A DNA stretch of 64,000 nucleotides from Anaerolineales bacterium. GTDB lineage: Bacteria > Chloroflexota > Anaerolineae > Anaerolineales > RBG-16-64-43. Positions within the stretch are counted from its first letter, which is position 1. Each line of letters starts with the position of its first letter. Position numbers and translations under genes: made by a program. The stretch covers positions 71,268 through 135,267 of the forward strand of contig JBEKHT010000002.1 in the NCBI GenBank assembly GCA_050012135.1, written 5' to 3'. Positions 1-8,792 of the stretch are shown piece after piece. The notes under the pieces were generated by a model. It ran no database searches and was not told the origin of the DNA. It saw nothing but the letters and a program-made list of their open reading frames with translations.

Positions 1-588
1 GAACAGCCTTGCGAGCAGCCGCCGGAGAATGCCGTGGGGGGCCAGTCGAGCGAGGGGGATAATCACCCACCGCCCGCCAGCCCTCATCACCCGCTGTGCT
101 TCGCGGATGGCCTTCTCTTGAAAGACGTACTCCGTGGGAAAGGTGGAAACGAGATTGTCAAAGACGCCTCCTGCAAAGGGAAGCCCGGTGGCGCTGGCTC
201 TCAGCAGGAGGACCTTCGAGGCGCGATGGTCAGGGCGCCGATCCTGACCTAGCCTGCGGCGGGCGATGCGACTCATGCTGGGCGAGGGGTCGAGGGCAAT
301 CAGATGCCAGCCTTGCTCCGCGAGGTCGTGGGCGAGGGCCCCCGTGCCGTGACCAATCTCCAAGACGGTCCCCGGGCGGAGAAAACGGACGGCGCACCGT
401 CTCCAGCTGGACCATTGCCCGAGCGAAACGGCCCAGGCCACGGCTTCATAGGTCCAGGCCATCTGGTTGTAGAGCAAGCTGAAGGCCAAGCGAAGCGCGG
501 AAGCAAGCAGCCGAGCTGGGCCGGAAGGAAGGCGAGAGCTGGCAGAGGCCTGGAGATTGGGCCCCTCGCTAGGCCGAGAGCCCTGCAT
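1..588 (-). CDS. class I SAM-dependent methyltransferase (3' end runs off the window)
   Basis: Own translation of the minus strand; absent from the ORF track because no stop lies in the window. MQGSRPSEG..LLYNQMAWTYEAVAWAVSLGQW..GTVLEIGHGTGALAHDLAEQGWHLIALDPSPSM..LPFAGGVFDNLVSTFP carries SAM motif I (GxGxG) and the acidic motif II. ATG at 588 overlaps the upstream gene stop by 20 nt. Confidence 0.65.
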   Translation of the reverse strand, partial: MQGSRPSEGPNLQASASSRLPSGPARLLASALRLAFSLLYNQMAWTYEAVAWAVSLGQWSSWRRCAVRFLRPGTVLEIGHGTGALAHDLAEQGWHLIALDPSPSMSRIARRRLGQDRRPDHRASKVLLLRASATGLPFAGGVFDNLVSTFPTEYVFQEKAIREAQRVMRAGGRWVIIPLARLAPHGILRRLLARLF

Positions 589-1401
589 AGCGCACCAGGT
601 CGATTCCGCCCCGCTTCATGGCTTCCCGGAGCTGTGGAGAGGTGGGTATGGCAAGCTCCGACTCGCGCTGGACAATGTGGCCGCTTCGTCGCCGCAGAAG
701 GTCATGGACCCGACCGGGATGGCATATGATCTCACTGCTGCCTGGTGGCAGGGCCTCCAGGATGGCGAGGAGGGTTGGCAGCGTCGCACGTTCCCCGTGG
801 AAAGAGGCATACAGTCGATCGGGGTGCCAAGCATTCGATTCGCCAAGCATCCGGGGCGCGTTCTCCCCGAACCAGTCCGCACGGTCCTTGGATGTTCCGC
901 GCAGGATGTCGGTAGGGTCGAGGTTCGCCACCAAGGGAGGGCGGGCCGGGCCGCTGTGCTGTCGTGCCAACCCCAGGAAGAGCCGGAGCAGGGTAGGGTG
1001 CCGGTAGGCCACGTGATGATGGTTGTCGAAATGGTCGGGTCGGACCCCGGAGGAGAAAAAGGTTTCCACCTGGGCCCGCCATTCCTTCTCACTTCCTCGG
1101 GGAGAACTTGATCGACTCGGCGCATGATGGATTCCGGGCGAAGGAACCGCCCATCCGCTCCCAAGAGGGAGGCTACCTGGCGCCGAGGAAACAGGCGGCT
1201 CTCTGCGGTGGTTTTCAAGTACACTCCGATTCCGAGACCCGGCGTTTCCGACCGAAGGCGGTCGATCTCACGCTTAACATCCGGCATATTCATCCTGACG
1301 GTGGTCGTGGTGACGATGCCCTCGCGGTGCGCCCTGCGTATTCCGGAACAGACCCCAGGTGAGACACCGTAGTCATCCGCATTGACGATCAGGTGCCGCA
1401 T
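569..1401 (-). pseudogene. ChbG/YdjC-family carbohydrate deacetylase, frame broken by an apparent 1-nt deletion near 1083-1090
   Basis: The N-terminal half, in ORF 616..1401(-) (MRHLIVNADDYGVSPGVCSGIRRAHREGIVTTTTVRMNMP..), is YdjC-like only up to ..LPEEVR. The C-terminal half continues in ORF 569..1069(-) (KEWRAQVETFFSSGVRPDHFDNHHHVAYRHP..EIICHPG). The frames join if one A is added in gaagtgagaagg. Confidence 0.75.
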
Positions 1402-2324
1402 GTCTGGGTGGCCGGGCAGAGAAGGCGCAACCGGTGGGGATGCACACGGTAGATCACCTCTTGTAGCCCTCGCGAGCTGAGCTCGCCATCCGTTTGAAGG
1501 GGAGTTGGAGTCTTGGTGCGTATGGTCCGCATTCTTGTGCGGAGCTCGTGCACCCGCGGGTCGCGCACGTGACTGCCATTGAAGGTCATGGGGAGCAAAC
1601 GCAGAAGTGCGATCCGTGAAAGCGCAGGGGCGAAAACAAAATCGAGGAGGCCGTCATCGGCCTTTGCCTTCGGGGTCATGAAGAAGAGACCCCCGGTTCG
1701 CTGGCAATTGCCCACGGAGACCAAGGTGACGGGGCCTGAATAGCTTCCATCGTCCCAGCCCAGGTCCATTTCCCAGGATGGTTTCTGGGAGATGGCCCAC
1801 AGGGCTGCCACAAGATAGCGGATCACACCCCGAAGCCATACCAGCTCGATGTTATGGATGGAGACGACCGGCTCCAGGCCGACCGCGGAATTGTTTGCGA
1901 ACAACTGTCCGTTGGCGGAACCGAGATCGATCTCGCGAAGGTGTCCAGCGGCAATGACCTGCGCCGCCTGGCGAAGATCGCGCGGTATCCCCAAGTTGTC
2001 GCATAGATCGTTGGCCGTTCCCAAAGGCAGCACTCCCAGCGGTCCCAGCCGCTCGGGCTCGTCCCGCTTTCGGCTCGTCGCCGCCTTCCCTCGCGCAAGG
2101 CCATTCACCACCTCGCCAATCGTCCCATCTCCTCCGGCGACGATTATGGGGCTATCTCCCCGCTTGACCGCCTCCTCGGCCAGGCGTGTGCAATCGCCTG
2201 GTCCGTGGCTCTCCGACAGAGTGAATTCGACGCCGGCCTCGTGCAGCGCTGCCTCAGCCTGCGGTTGCCTCGCCTTTGCCTTCCAGCGTGCAGAGTATGG
2301 GTTGAGAATGACATGAGCGGACAT
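1389..2324 (-). CDS. diacylglycerol/lipid kinase family protein (YegS/BmrU-like)
   Basis: ORF 1389..2378(-). MSAHVILNPYSARWKA..IIVAGGDGTIGEVVNGL..LGVLPLGTANDL match DAGK catalytic-domain motifs. ATG at 2324 is preferred over the TTG at 2378. Confidence 0.8.
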   Translation of the reverse strand: MSAHVILNPYSARWKAKARQPQAEAALHEAGVEFTLSESHGPGDCTRLAEEAVKRGDSPIIVAGGDGTIGEVVNGLARGKAATSRKRDEPERLGPLGVLPLGTANDLCDNLGIPRDLRQAAQVIAAGHLREIDLGSANGQLFANNSAVGLEPVVSIHNIELVWLRGVIRYLVAALWAISQKPSWEMDLGWDDGSYSGPVTLVSVGNCQRTGGLFFMTPKAKADDGLLDFVFAPALSRIALLRLLPMTFNGSHVRDPRVHELRTRMRTIRTKTPTPLQTDGELSSRGLQEVIYRVHPHRLRLLCPATQTCGT

Positions 2325-2374
2325 TGGGTCTTTCTCGGGTCGCACGCTTCGGCGGGTGCGGCTCACGGCGGATC

Positions 2375-2614
2375 TCAAGGCTGTCCGGGGGGGTACTCGG
2401 TGACCTTCAGTCCTTCCTGGCGGATGTAATCCAACGCGCGAGCGTAGTCTTCCTCCAGGCCACGCACCTCCACCAGGAGCCAGCCCACCTCGGGGGACAC
2501 CTCTGCGCGGAGTATGTTCACGTCCAGACCGAAATGGCGAATGAGCTGGTTCACAATCGGGCGATTCACGACTGTGGCAGGATAGTCGAGGCGCACCACT
2601 CGCGTGATTTCCAA
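2375..2614 (-). CDS. stand-alone NIL domain protein (copy 2)
   Basis: 79 aa. VVRLDYPATVVNRPIVNQLIRHFGLDVNILRAEVSPEVGWLLVEVRGLEEDYARALDYIRQEGLKV matches the NIL pattern known from the MetN C-terminus (FGVxVNIL..G.L.VEL.G....A..YL...G). Confidence 0.8.
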   Translation of the reverse strand: MEITRVVRLDYPATVVNRPIVNQLIRHFGLDVNILRAEVSPEVGWLLVEVRGLEEDYARALDYIRQEGLKVTEYPPGQP

Positions 2615-2621
2615 GGCGGCT

Positions 2622-3281
2622 TCATCCGCACAAGATGCGCATGAGAGTCTGTTGGCTGGCCTCTGAGGTCACGGCGATGATTTGGTCTCCAGCCTCCAGC
2701 ACGGTGTCGCCGAAGGGGATGATCGCCTTTTTCCCTTGCCGTATGACCAGCGGCAGGACGCTGTCATCGGGGATTCCCAGGGCGCGCAGTGGGCGTCCGA
2801 GCGCGGGGGAATCGTCCGGCAGCTCCATTTCGACGAAGCTGACCCCTACGCCCTTAAGGCTGAGCAAGTGAACGAGGGAATGAGATGGGATCACCTGTTC
2901 GATCTGCGACAGGATCAGTTCGGTGCTGGATACGGTCACATCAATGCCGAGTTCCCGGAAGATCTTCTCGTTCTTGGGGTTATTGATGCGGGCAATGGTG
3001 CGAGGGACGTGGAACTTATGGCGGGCAATCTGACAGACCACGAGGTTGTCCTCGTCGTCGCCCGTGACCGCAATCACGACGCCGGCTCGCTCCATGCCGG
3101 CTTCGATCATCTTCGTCACCTCGCAGCCATCGCCGTGCAGGACGCCGGTTTCCAGCTCGTCGCTGAGAGCGGAGGCGCGGGTGGCCTCCTTTTCGATGAT
3201 CAGGACCTCATGTCCATCCTCTGACAGGGACTTGGCCAGGTAGTATCCGACTTTCCCGCCGCCGACAATGATGATGTACAT
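2622..3281 (-). CDS. TrkA/KtrA-type RCK protein (TrkA_N + TrkA_C)
   Basis: 219 aa. MYIIIVGGGKVGYYLAKSLSEDGHEVLIIEKE is a Rossmann GxGxxG, and the C-terminal TrkA_C-like part reads ..ELPDDSPALGRPLRALGIP. Confidence 0.85.
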   Translation of the reverse strand: MYIIIVGGGKVGYYLAKSLSEDGHEVLIIEKEATRASALSDELETGVLHGDGCEVTKMIEAGMERAGVVIAVTGDDEDNLVVCQIARHKFHVPRTIARINNPKNEKIFRELGIDVTVSSTELILSQIEQVIPSHSLVHLLSLKGVGVSFVEMELPDDSPALGRPLRALGIPDDSVLPLVIRQGKKAIIPFGDTVLEAGDQIIAVTSEASQQTLMRILCG

Positions 3282-3296
3282 GCGCTTCCTCCACGG

Positions 3297-3695
3297 CTAC
3301 TTCGAAAGGAGCTCTTTGATGCGCATCGCCCCCCCGACAGTGGGGCAAAACGTCTCCAAGCCAAGGCCTTGATAGATCTCCTCGCGAAGCGGATCGTAGA
3401 TGCGGCACATCACCCGCGGCACTTTGAACAACCGCTTGACCAACTGGGCGGCCATGACGTTGGTGTTGTCCCCATTCGTCACGGAAACGAAGGCCTCGGC
3501 GTCCTCGATTCCCGCCCGGCGAAGAACGTCTTCATCAATGCCGGTTCCTACCACCAGCTCTCCAGGGAAATCCTCCCCCAGGCGAGCGAAGGCCGCGCGG
3601 TTGCGATCAATGACCGTCACCTGGTTCCCCTCTTTGACCAGCATCAGTGCCAGGTAAGCTCCAACTCGGCCGCAGCCCAGGATCACAACTTTCAT
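3297..3695 (-). CDS. TrkA_N-only RCK protein
   Basis: ORF 3297..3752(-) trimmed to MKVVILGCGRVGAYLALMLVKEGNQVTVIDRN. The ATG at 3695 overlaps the upstream NIL gene stop by 4 nt. Confidence 0.8.
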   Translation of the reverse strand: MKVVILGCGRVGAYLALMLVKEGNQVTVIDRNRAAFARLGEDFPGELVVGTGIDEDVLRRAGIEDAEAFVSVTNGDNTNVMAAQLVKRLFKVPRVMCRIYDPLREEIYQGLGLETFCPTVGGAMRIKELLSK

Positions 3696-3937
3696 GTCTC
3701 CTCCGTAGTCCGTGAAAGGGTATCGACTTTGACGCCCTGGGAGGCCAGCCACTCCAATCCCTGCGCAATCGCCCCGCTTTCTCCCCGGATCGCAACGATC
3801 AGCCAGCCGCTCTCCGGCCCGACATTCGCCTGCAGAATGTTTGTAATCAGGTTGAAGTCATGGATGAGCCGATAGAGTAGAGGCTCGTGCAGGAGTTGTT
3901 TCGGATAATTCAGGCGGACCCGGCTCTCTGCAATCAT
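3692..3937 (-). CDS. stand-alone NIL domain protein (copy 1)
   Basis: 81 aa. VRLNYPKQLLHEPLLYRLIHDFNLITNILQANVGPESGWLIVAIRGESGAIAQGLEWLASQGVKV matches the NIL pattern. 4-nt overlaps with both neighbours. Confidence 0.8.
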   Translation of the reverse strand: MIAESRVRLNYPKQLLHEPLLYRLIHDFNLITNILQANVGPESGWLIVAIRGESGAIAQGLEWLASQGVKVDTLSRTTEET

Positions 3938-4716
3938 GCCCTCTCCTGGGTTGCCGTCGGCTCAGAGATGGCTTCGCTGTTCTGATGGCCGGAGCGTACA
4001 GGCATCTTGGCTAGAATGACTTCACATTGGGCTCGCTTGAGCAACTCGCGGGCAGTTCTGCCCAGGCCATCCGGGTTCCTGGGGTCTCCATGCCCGGCGC
4101 TCATCACGATCGCATCCACTCCCTCCTGTCGGGCGAGGTTGAGAATACCGCCCCACGCATATCGCGCCGGAACGCTCCTCAAGTGGACGGGGAGGCCATG
4201 CTGCTTGATGATGAACTCGGCGGTGCGCAAAGCCTCCTCGCCCTTGGCGTATTCCTCTCGCAGCGGGGTGTTGAGAGACAGGGTGAAGGGGACCTCGACC
4301 ACGAAAACGAGCATGATCTCCGCTTTTTGGGAAGCTCCCAGCCGGCACGCGAGTTCCGCCGCTCCCTCGGAAGAGAGGTCGGCAGACACCGGGACGAGAA
4401 TGCGGTGCAAGGCAGAGACCGAGTGGCGCGCCTTGATCACGGGAAGAGGCGACGCCGGAGGGACAGAAAACATCCAGGAAAAGAGCGTGATCATAAGGAC
4501 GGCGAAAAGAATCGCAATCCCGATTCCAAGCGGACTGAAAACGGCCCCTCCGCCTCCCGCCCCGGCTGCTGAGAAGTGATTGGGCAGGACCGGAAACATC
4601 CGCCGACTCGAAGGGAGCGTCTTCACGAATTTCGAGGCGGACGAAAGGACCGCTGGAGCCCGAGAGTGGCCTCCAAGCCAGGGAGCGCCCGCCGTCCACA
4701 GGAAGGCCGAATTCAT
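3934..4716 (-). CDS. membrane-anchored universal stress protein (UspA-domain) family protein
   Basis: ORF 3934..4983(-). It has a TM segment (GIGIAILFAVLMITLFSWMF), then a USP fold (RILVPVSADLSSEGAAELACRL..IMLVFVVEVP..VDAIVMSAGHG..LGRTARELLKRAQCEVIL). Start is uncertain: ATG 4716 or 4599. The upstream part of the ORF overlaps a better small gene. Confidence 0.65.
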   Translation of the reverse strand: MNSAFLWTAGAPWLGGHSRAPAVLSSASKFVKTLPSSRRMFPVLPNHFSAAGAGGGGAVFSPLGIGIAILFAVLMITLFSWMFSVPPASPLPVIKARHSVSALHRILVPVSADLSSEGAAELACRLGASQKAEIMLVFVVEVPFTLSLNTPLREEYAKGEEALRTAEFIIKQHGLPVHLRSVPARYAWGGILNLARQEGVDAIVMSAGHGDPRNPDGLGRTARELLKRAQCEVILAKMPVRSGHQNSEAISEPTATQERA

Positions 4717-4769
4717 GGCGAGCGATATCCTCTTCCGAGGCAAGGAATTCGAAGGCATGTGCCCTGAGA

Positions 4770-5024
4770 TTATCTTGTCTTGGTGTCTTTCGCAGACTGA
4801 GAGCGCAACAATCGGTAGCGCACGATCCCAACATACACCCGGTAGGTTCCAAATGCAACGAGGAGCAAGGACAAAAGGAACGCGGCAGGTGTGTAGATTC
4901 CAGCGGAAACGCAGCGAACCAGGATGGCGATCCCCAATGGAATCATGAGCGCGCCAAGCAGAAACCGATAGCCGTCCGACCAAGTGGCGCGTTCGGGCGG
5001 TGGAACGAGGCGCCTCGGCCGCAT
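4770..5024 (-). CDS. small 2-TM membrane protein
   Basis: 84 aa with two hydrophobic helices (FLLGALMIPLGIAILV, AAFLLSLLLVAFGTY). The ATG directly abuts the permease stop. Confidence 0.5.
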   Translation of the reverse strand: MRPRRLVPPPERATWSDGYRFLLGALMIPLGIAILVRCVSAGIYTPAAFLLSLLLVAFGTYRVYVGIVRYRLLRSQSAKDTKTR

Positions 5025-6608
5025 CTACGATTCCTCCTCCCAGCGCGAGCGAATACCCTGCTTGTGATCGCGCTGAATCAAGGCCTCCTTGTACTGCTCC
5101 ACCATTTCAAATTCCTCCGCGCTCGTCAAGACCTCGATTTGTTCCTTTTCCCAATCGTGCTTTACGCTGCCGAAGACGGGCAGTCCACTTCGCCGGCGGT
5201 AAAAAATGTAGTACGTCACGCAGACGATGACCCACAGAGGCCCTAGAATGCGGCCGATGGTGTGGGTGATCATAACGGTCACCCAGATGGAGAAGACTCC
5301 CAGCAGGCCGAGGAACCCCAGCAGGGGCACTTCCACAACCGTACCGTCCTTGCGTTTCCAGTGGACATTGCCCGGCACCTTGTAGGGGCGAGGGCTATAC
5401 GGATCGAGAAAGCGCAGGCGGATGAGAGAAGCGAACACCAGCGTGTAACCCATCGTTGCGCCGAAGGCATAAAGGTTGCCCAGCGTGTCCAGGGCTCGCG
5501 GCGTGAGAAAGGACAAGATGGTCAATACTATGCCTACCCATCCAAAGCCCACAATGGCATTGACCGGAGTCCGGTACTTGGGATGCACTTTGTTAAACCA
5601 CTTGCTGACCAGCCGAAAATGGCTCATCGAGAAAATGAGCCGAGAATCTCCCATGACGCCGGAATTCGAAGAGGTGAGAAGGATGGTAGCACCCAGGATG
5701 GCCGTCAGGGGACCCGCGATCATGCCAATGTAGGGGATGCTGCTTGCCAGGGTGGCGATGGGGTCGCCTTCTCGTTGGGCGATCGTCTGCCATGGGAGCA
5801 CGCCCAGGCTGAGAGTGGAGAAGCACATGGCATAGATCAAAACCGTGAGAATCAAGGTCAAGGAGGTGCGTGGGATGATGGTGGCCGGGCGGCGCGTCTC
5901 CTGAGCGGCTTGGCTGATCGATTCCAACCCAACGAACGAGATGATAGCGAGCGAGGCGCCATACAGGAATTGCTCGAGGGAAGGGGCCTGGAATCTCCAT
6001 TGGTAGGCGAGAAACTCTGGCTTCCATGCGAAGAGGAACCCTGTCATGACGATTGTGGATTCCGTGATCAGGTCAAAGGCGCCCAAGACCTCATTAAAGC
6101 GAGACGACTCCCGAATCCCGCGGACATTGAGCAGGCGTAGGGCGGTGATCACGATCACGGCCTCAAGGGCCCACAGCGGATTGATGTTGACAAAGGGGCC
6201 CCAGCTCACGGTGAAGTTACGGATGAAGGGCAGGAAGAAATTGATGTAGCCTGTGGAGGCAACCGCAAACAGGGCGATGTCAATTGTGTAGTCCAGCAGC
6301 AATCCGACTCCCGCCAGGAATCCCCAGAAGTCGCCCAGCCCCCGCAGGGAGTAGTAGTGACCCCCACCCGCGACCGGATAAGAGGAGGCGAGTTCGGTGA
6401 AGGCCAAGCCAATCATTACGTAGATCACGCCGGAAACCGCAAAGGCCAGCGGGGCCATCCCCTGGGCCGCCGCAATGACAATGCCGAGCGCGGCATAAAT
6501 GTCCGCGCCGACATCGGCGTAGCCCCACATGTACGACCCCCATACGGTCACCTCCCGGCGGAGTTCGAGGCGGGGGGCCTCGGGGGCCCCTGTAGCATTC
6601 GTTTCCAT
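5025..6608 (-). CDS. APC-superfamily amino acid/polyamine permease with a cytoplasmic C-terminal tail
   Basis: 527 aa, multi-TM. GSYMWGYADVGADIYAALGIV..ELASSYPVAGGGHYY is typical of the APC family. The roughly 50-aa acidic tail is ..LTSAEEFEMVEQYKEALIQRDHKQ. Confidence 0.9.
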   Translation of the reverse strand: METNATGAPEAPRLELRREVTVWGSYMWGYADVGADIYAALGIVIAAAQGMAPLAFAVSGVIYVMIGLAFTELASSYPVAGGGHYYSLRGLGDFWGFLAGVGLLLDYTIDIALFAVASTGYINFFLPFIRNFTVSWGPFVNINPLWALEAVIVITALRLLNVRGIRESSRFNEVLGAFDLITESTIVMTGFLFAWKPEFLAYQWRFQAPSLEQFLYGASLAIISFVGLESISQAAQETRRPATIIPRTSLTLILTVLIYAMCFSTLSLGVLPWQTIAQREGDPIATLASSIPYIGMIAGPLTAILGATILLTSSNSGVMGDSRLIFSMSHFRLVSKWFNKVHPKYRTPVNAIVGFGWVGIVLTILSFLTPRALDTLGNLYAFGATMGYTLVFASLIRLRFLDPYSPRPYKVPGNVHWKRKDGTVVEVPLLGFLGLLGVFSIWVTVMITHTIGRILGPLWVIVCVTYYIFYRRRSGLPVFGSVKHDWEKEQIEVLTSAEEFEMVEQYKEALIQRDHKQGIRSRWEEES

Positions 6609-6826
6609 CGATTCCCCAATTCGAAAAGGATCAGGCTCGGGTTGCCACGATCAGGGTTCCGTCGCGGCGATGGAGGCCCTCGGCCGTCTCCCCGAGACAG
6701 CCGTCGTTCACTTCCCTACCGCGCTGCATCCTTCTGATCAGGTGCATCCTCCTCCCGGCAAATTCCTTGCTCGGGTCCCCCTGGTACCAGTACCCAATTC
6801 TACGCCAGACGCGACGAGACCGGAAG

Positions 6827-7825
6827 TTAACTCGAGCCCGCGTTCAATGCCCTCAGAGAAATCCCTCCGACCCCGAGGGGGACCCAGAAAGTAATCGCCC
6901 GATAGGCGAGAACCATGATGGCCGCGCTCTCGAGAGAGAATCCGAAGGACTTGAGAAGAAGTGTCGCAATGCCCTCCACGAAGCCGAGTCCCGCCGGGGT
7001 GGGCGCAACAATAAGGAACAGGTAAGCAATGCTGAATACGGCAATCAGGGTTCCAAATGACACGGCTTGGCCGAACGCGAGAAATACGAACAGGAAGACT
7101 CCCACCAAGAACGTCATCGCCAGAAACGAGAAGAACGCGGGCACAGCAAGCTTGCGCGGAGATTCCCGAATGGCCCGGCCTCCTTCCTCGATTTCCGCGG
7201 CAAACCTGTGAGCCCTTTCTTCTAACAGGACAGGCCGGTGCAGGAGTGGAAACAGCAGGCGATTCAGCCGTTGCGTCATCCACACGAGGAATCTCTCGAG
7301 CCTTCTGGTCGCGTTCAATCCGAGCCAGACCAGTGTTCCGAGAACGATCGCCATGGCCAGGAGGAGAAACCCGGCCGAGATGTCCGCGCCGTTCAGCCGT
7401 GAGCGCCGCAGGAGAACCACGACACCCGCTAGCACGTAGGTCAGAATCGCGAGATAGTCGAAGAGCAGGAACAACATGCCGGCCACGATGACCTTGGCCC
7501 CAGAGTGACCACGCCGTTTGGCATCCGCGAGGAACACGGCCATGCCCCCGACGCCTGCGGATGGGGCGACCACATTGACAAAAACAGAGGCGGTGGCCAA
7601 GAGCCAGAGCCTGCCCACATTCTCTTCCAGCCCGAGCGCTTGATAGATCGAACGAAAGTTGAGGGCGATGGCCACAAAATTGCAGAACTCCAGGCAGAGG
7701 GCAACCAGGAGCAACCTTAAATCGGCGCGCTGGAAGACCTGTTGGATTGCAGCTAGTTGAGAGAAGTGGGAGATAACAAAGTAGACGCCGAGGAAGAGGA
7801 CCAGGGCGAGCACCAATCTGCGCAT
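6827..7825 (-). CDS. UPF0104 / lysylphosphatidylglycerol-synthase-TM-region-like (flippase-like) membrane protein
   Basis: 332 aa, polytopic. ..NFRSIYQALG..ATASVFVNVVAPSAGVGGMAVF..APTPAGLGFVEG resembles the LPG_synthase_TM family. Confidence 0.7.
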   Translation of the reverse strand: MRRLVLALVLFLGVYFVISHFSQLAAIQQVFQRADLRLLLVALCLEFCNFVAIALNFRSIYQALGLEENVGRLWLLATASVFVNVVAPSAGVGGMAVFLADAKRRGHSGAKVIVAGMLFLLFDYLAILTYVLAGVVVLLRRSRLNGADISAGFLLLAMAIVLGTLVWLGLNATRRLERFLVWMTQRLNRLLFPLLHRPVLLEERAHRFAAEIEEGGRAIRESPRKLAVPAFFSFLAMTFLVGVFLFVFLAFGQAVSFGTLIAVFSIAYLFLIVAPTPAGLGFVEGIATLLLKSFGFSLESAAIMVLAYRAITFWVPLGVGGISLRALNAGSS

Positions 7826-8792
7826 AGGTCGAGATTATACCCGGGGATCCTGGCAACGCCGTTTCACCGTCATGCATACATCGGTTTGACCAAATAGAGC
7901 TTCGCTAGGTGTGCGATACAAGACGAGGGCGGGAGGATCATTCATCCGCCCTCGCGCATTCGTTCTTGAGCGCCTGCAGTGCCTCAGGGTCCGACGCTTT
8001 GGTCCTGTCGAATCCGGCTCCACCTCGCCCAGGCTGCTGCTGCGTTTCGCAACCACTGCCTCTCATACTCTGCCACCCGCCGGTGGTCCATAAGCGTCAT
8101 GAGCTCATCCACCAGGAAGGGTTCCGGGACTGCGCATTCAATAATAGGCGACCTCATTGCTCACGGTGCCCGGAACCCCATACCCGTCGTGCTTCTTGCC
8201 CAGATGTGGAAGGTTCGTGACCTCAAACAGGTCCGTGCGAATATTCCTGTTGGCTATCGCGAGCTTGCGGGCGAGCATAACGACTCGCGGGCCGTGAGAT
8301 CAGGTGGGAGCGGCGAATGCATGGTTGGAACAGCCCTGACCAGCTTCCCAATGTGCTCGCGGACTTGCGGAACCGGCCCATGCACTCTGCGGCTCACCAG
8401 GAGGATGCCTCAGATGAGGAAACCCAAGTCGCACCCGTCGGCGACGCCGAAGGAAGAATCCCGTGGTCCAGAGAGGGATCTCCATCGGCTAGGTGAGCCA
8501 TCACCGGCGTTTTCTCGATCTGGCACCGCTCGGCCCTCCCGCGAGCGAGAACGAGATCAAGGATCTCGGGGCGAATCTCGCCACAGGCCTCAGCCGGCCT
8601 TTCTCCAATCCGCGCGTTTTTGCGAACATGTCGCATGCAAGGACTTGATTGTTCCCTTGAGTGAATAGCATCAGCCGTACCGCTTCTTGGATCTAGGCGA
8701 AGGGCCGTCCAAATTGCTTGCAAACGTTCTCGGTCAGTAGGGAAATCTCCAAGGCTTTGTCCATGTTAATGGCCGCTGAGGAAATGATGTTG

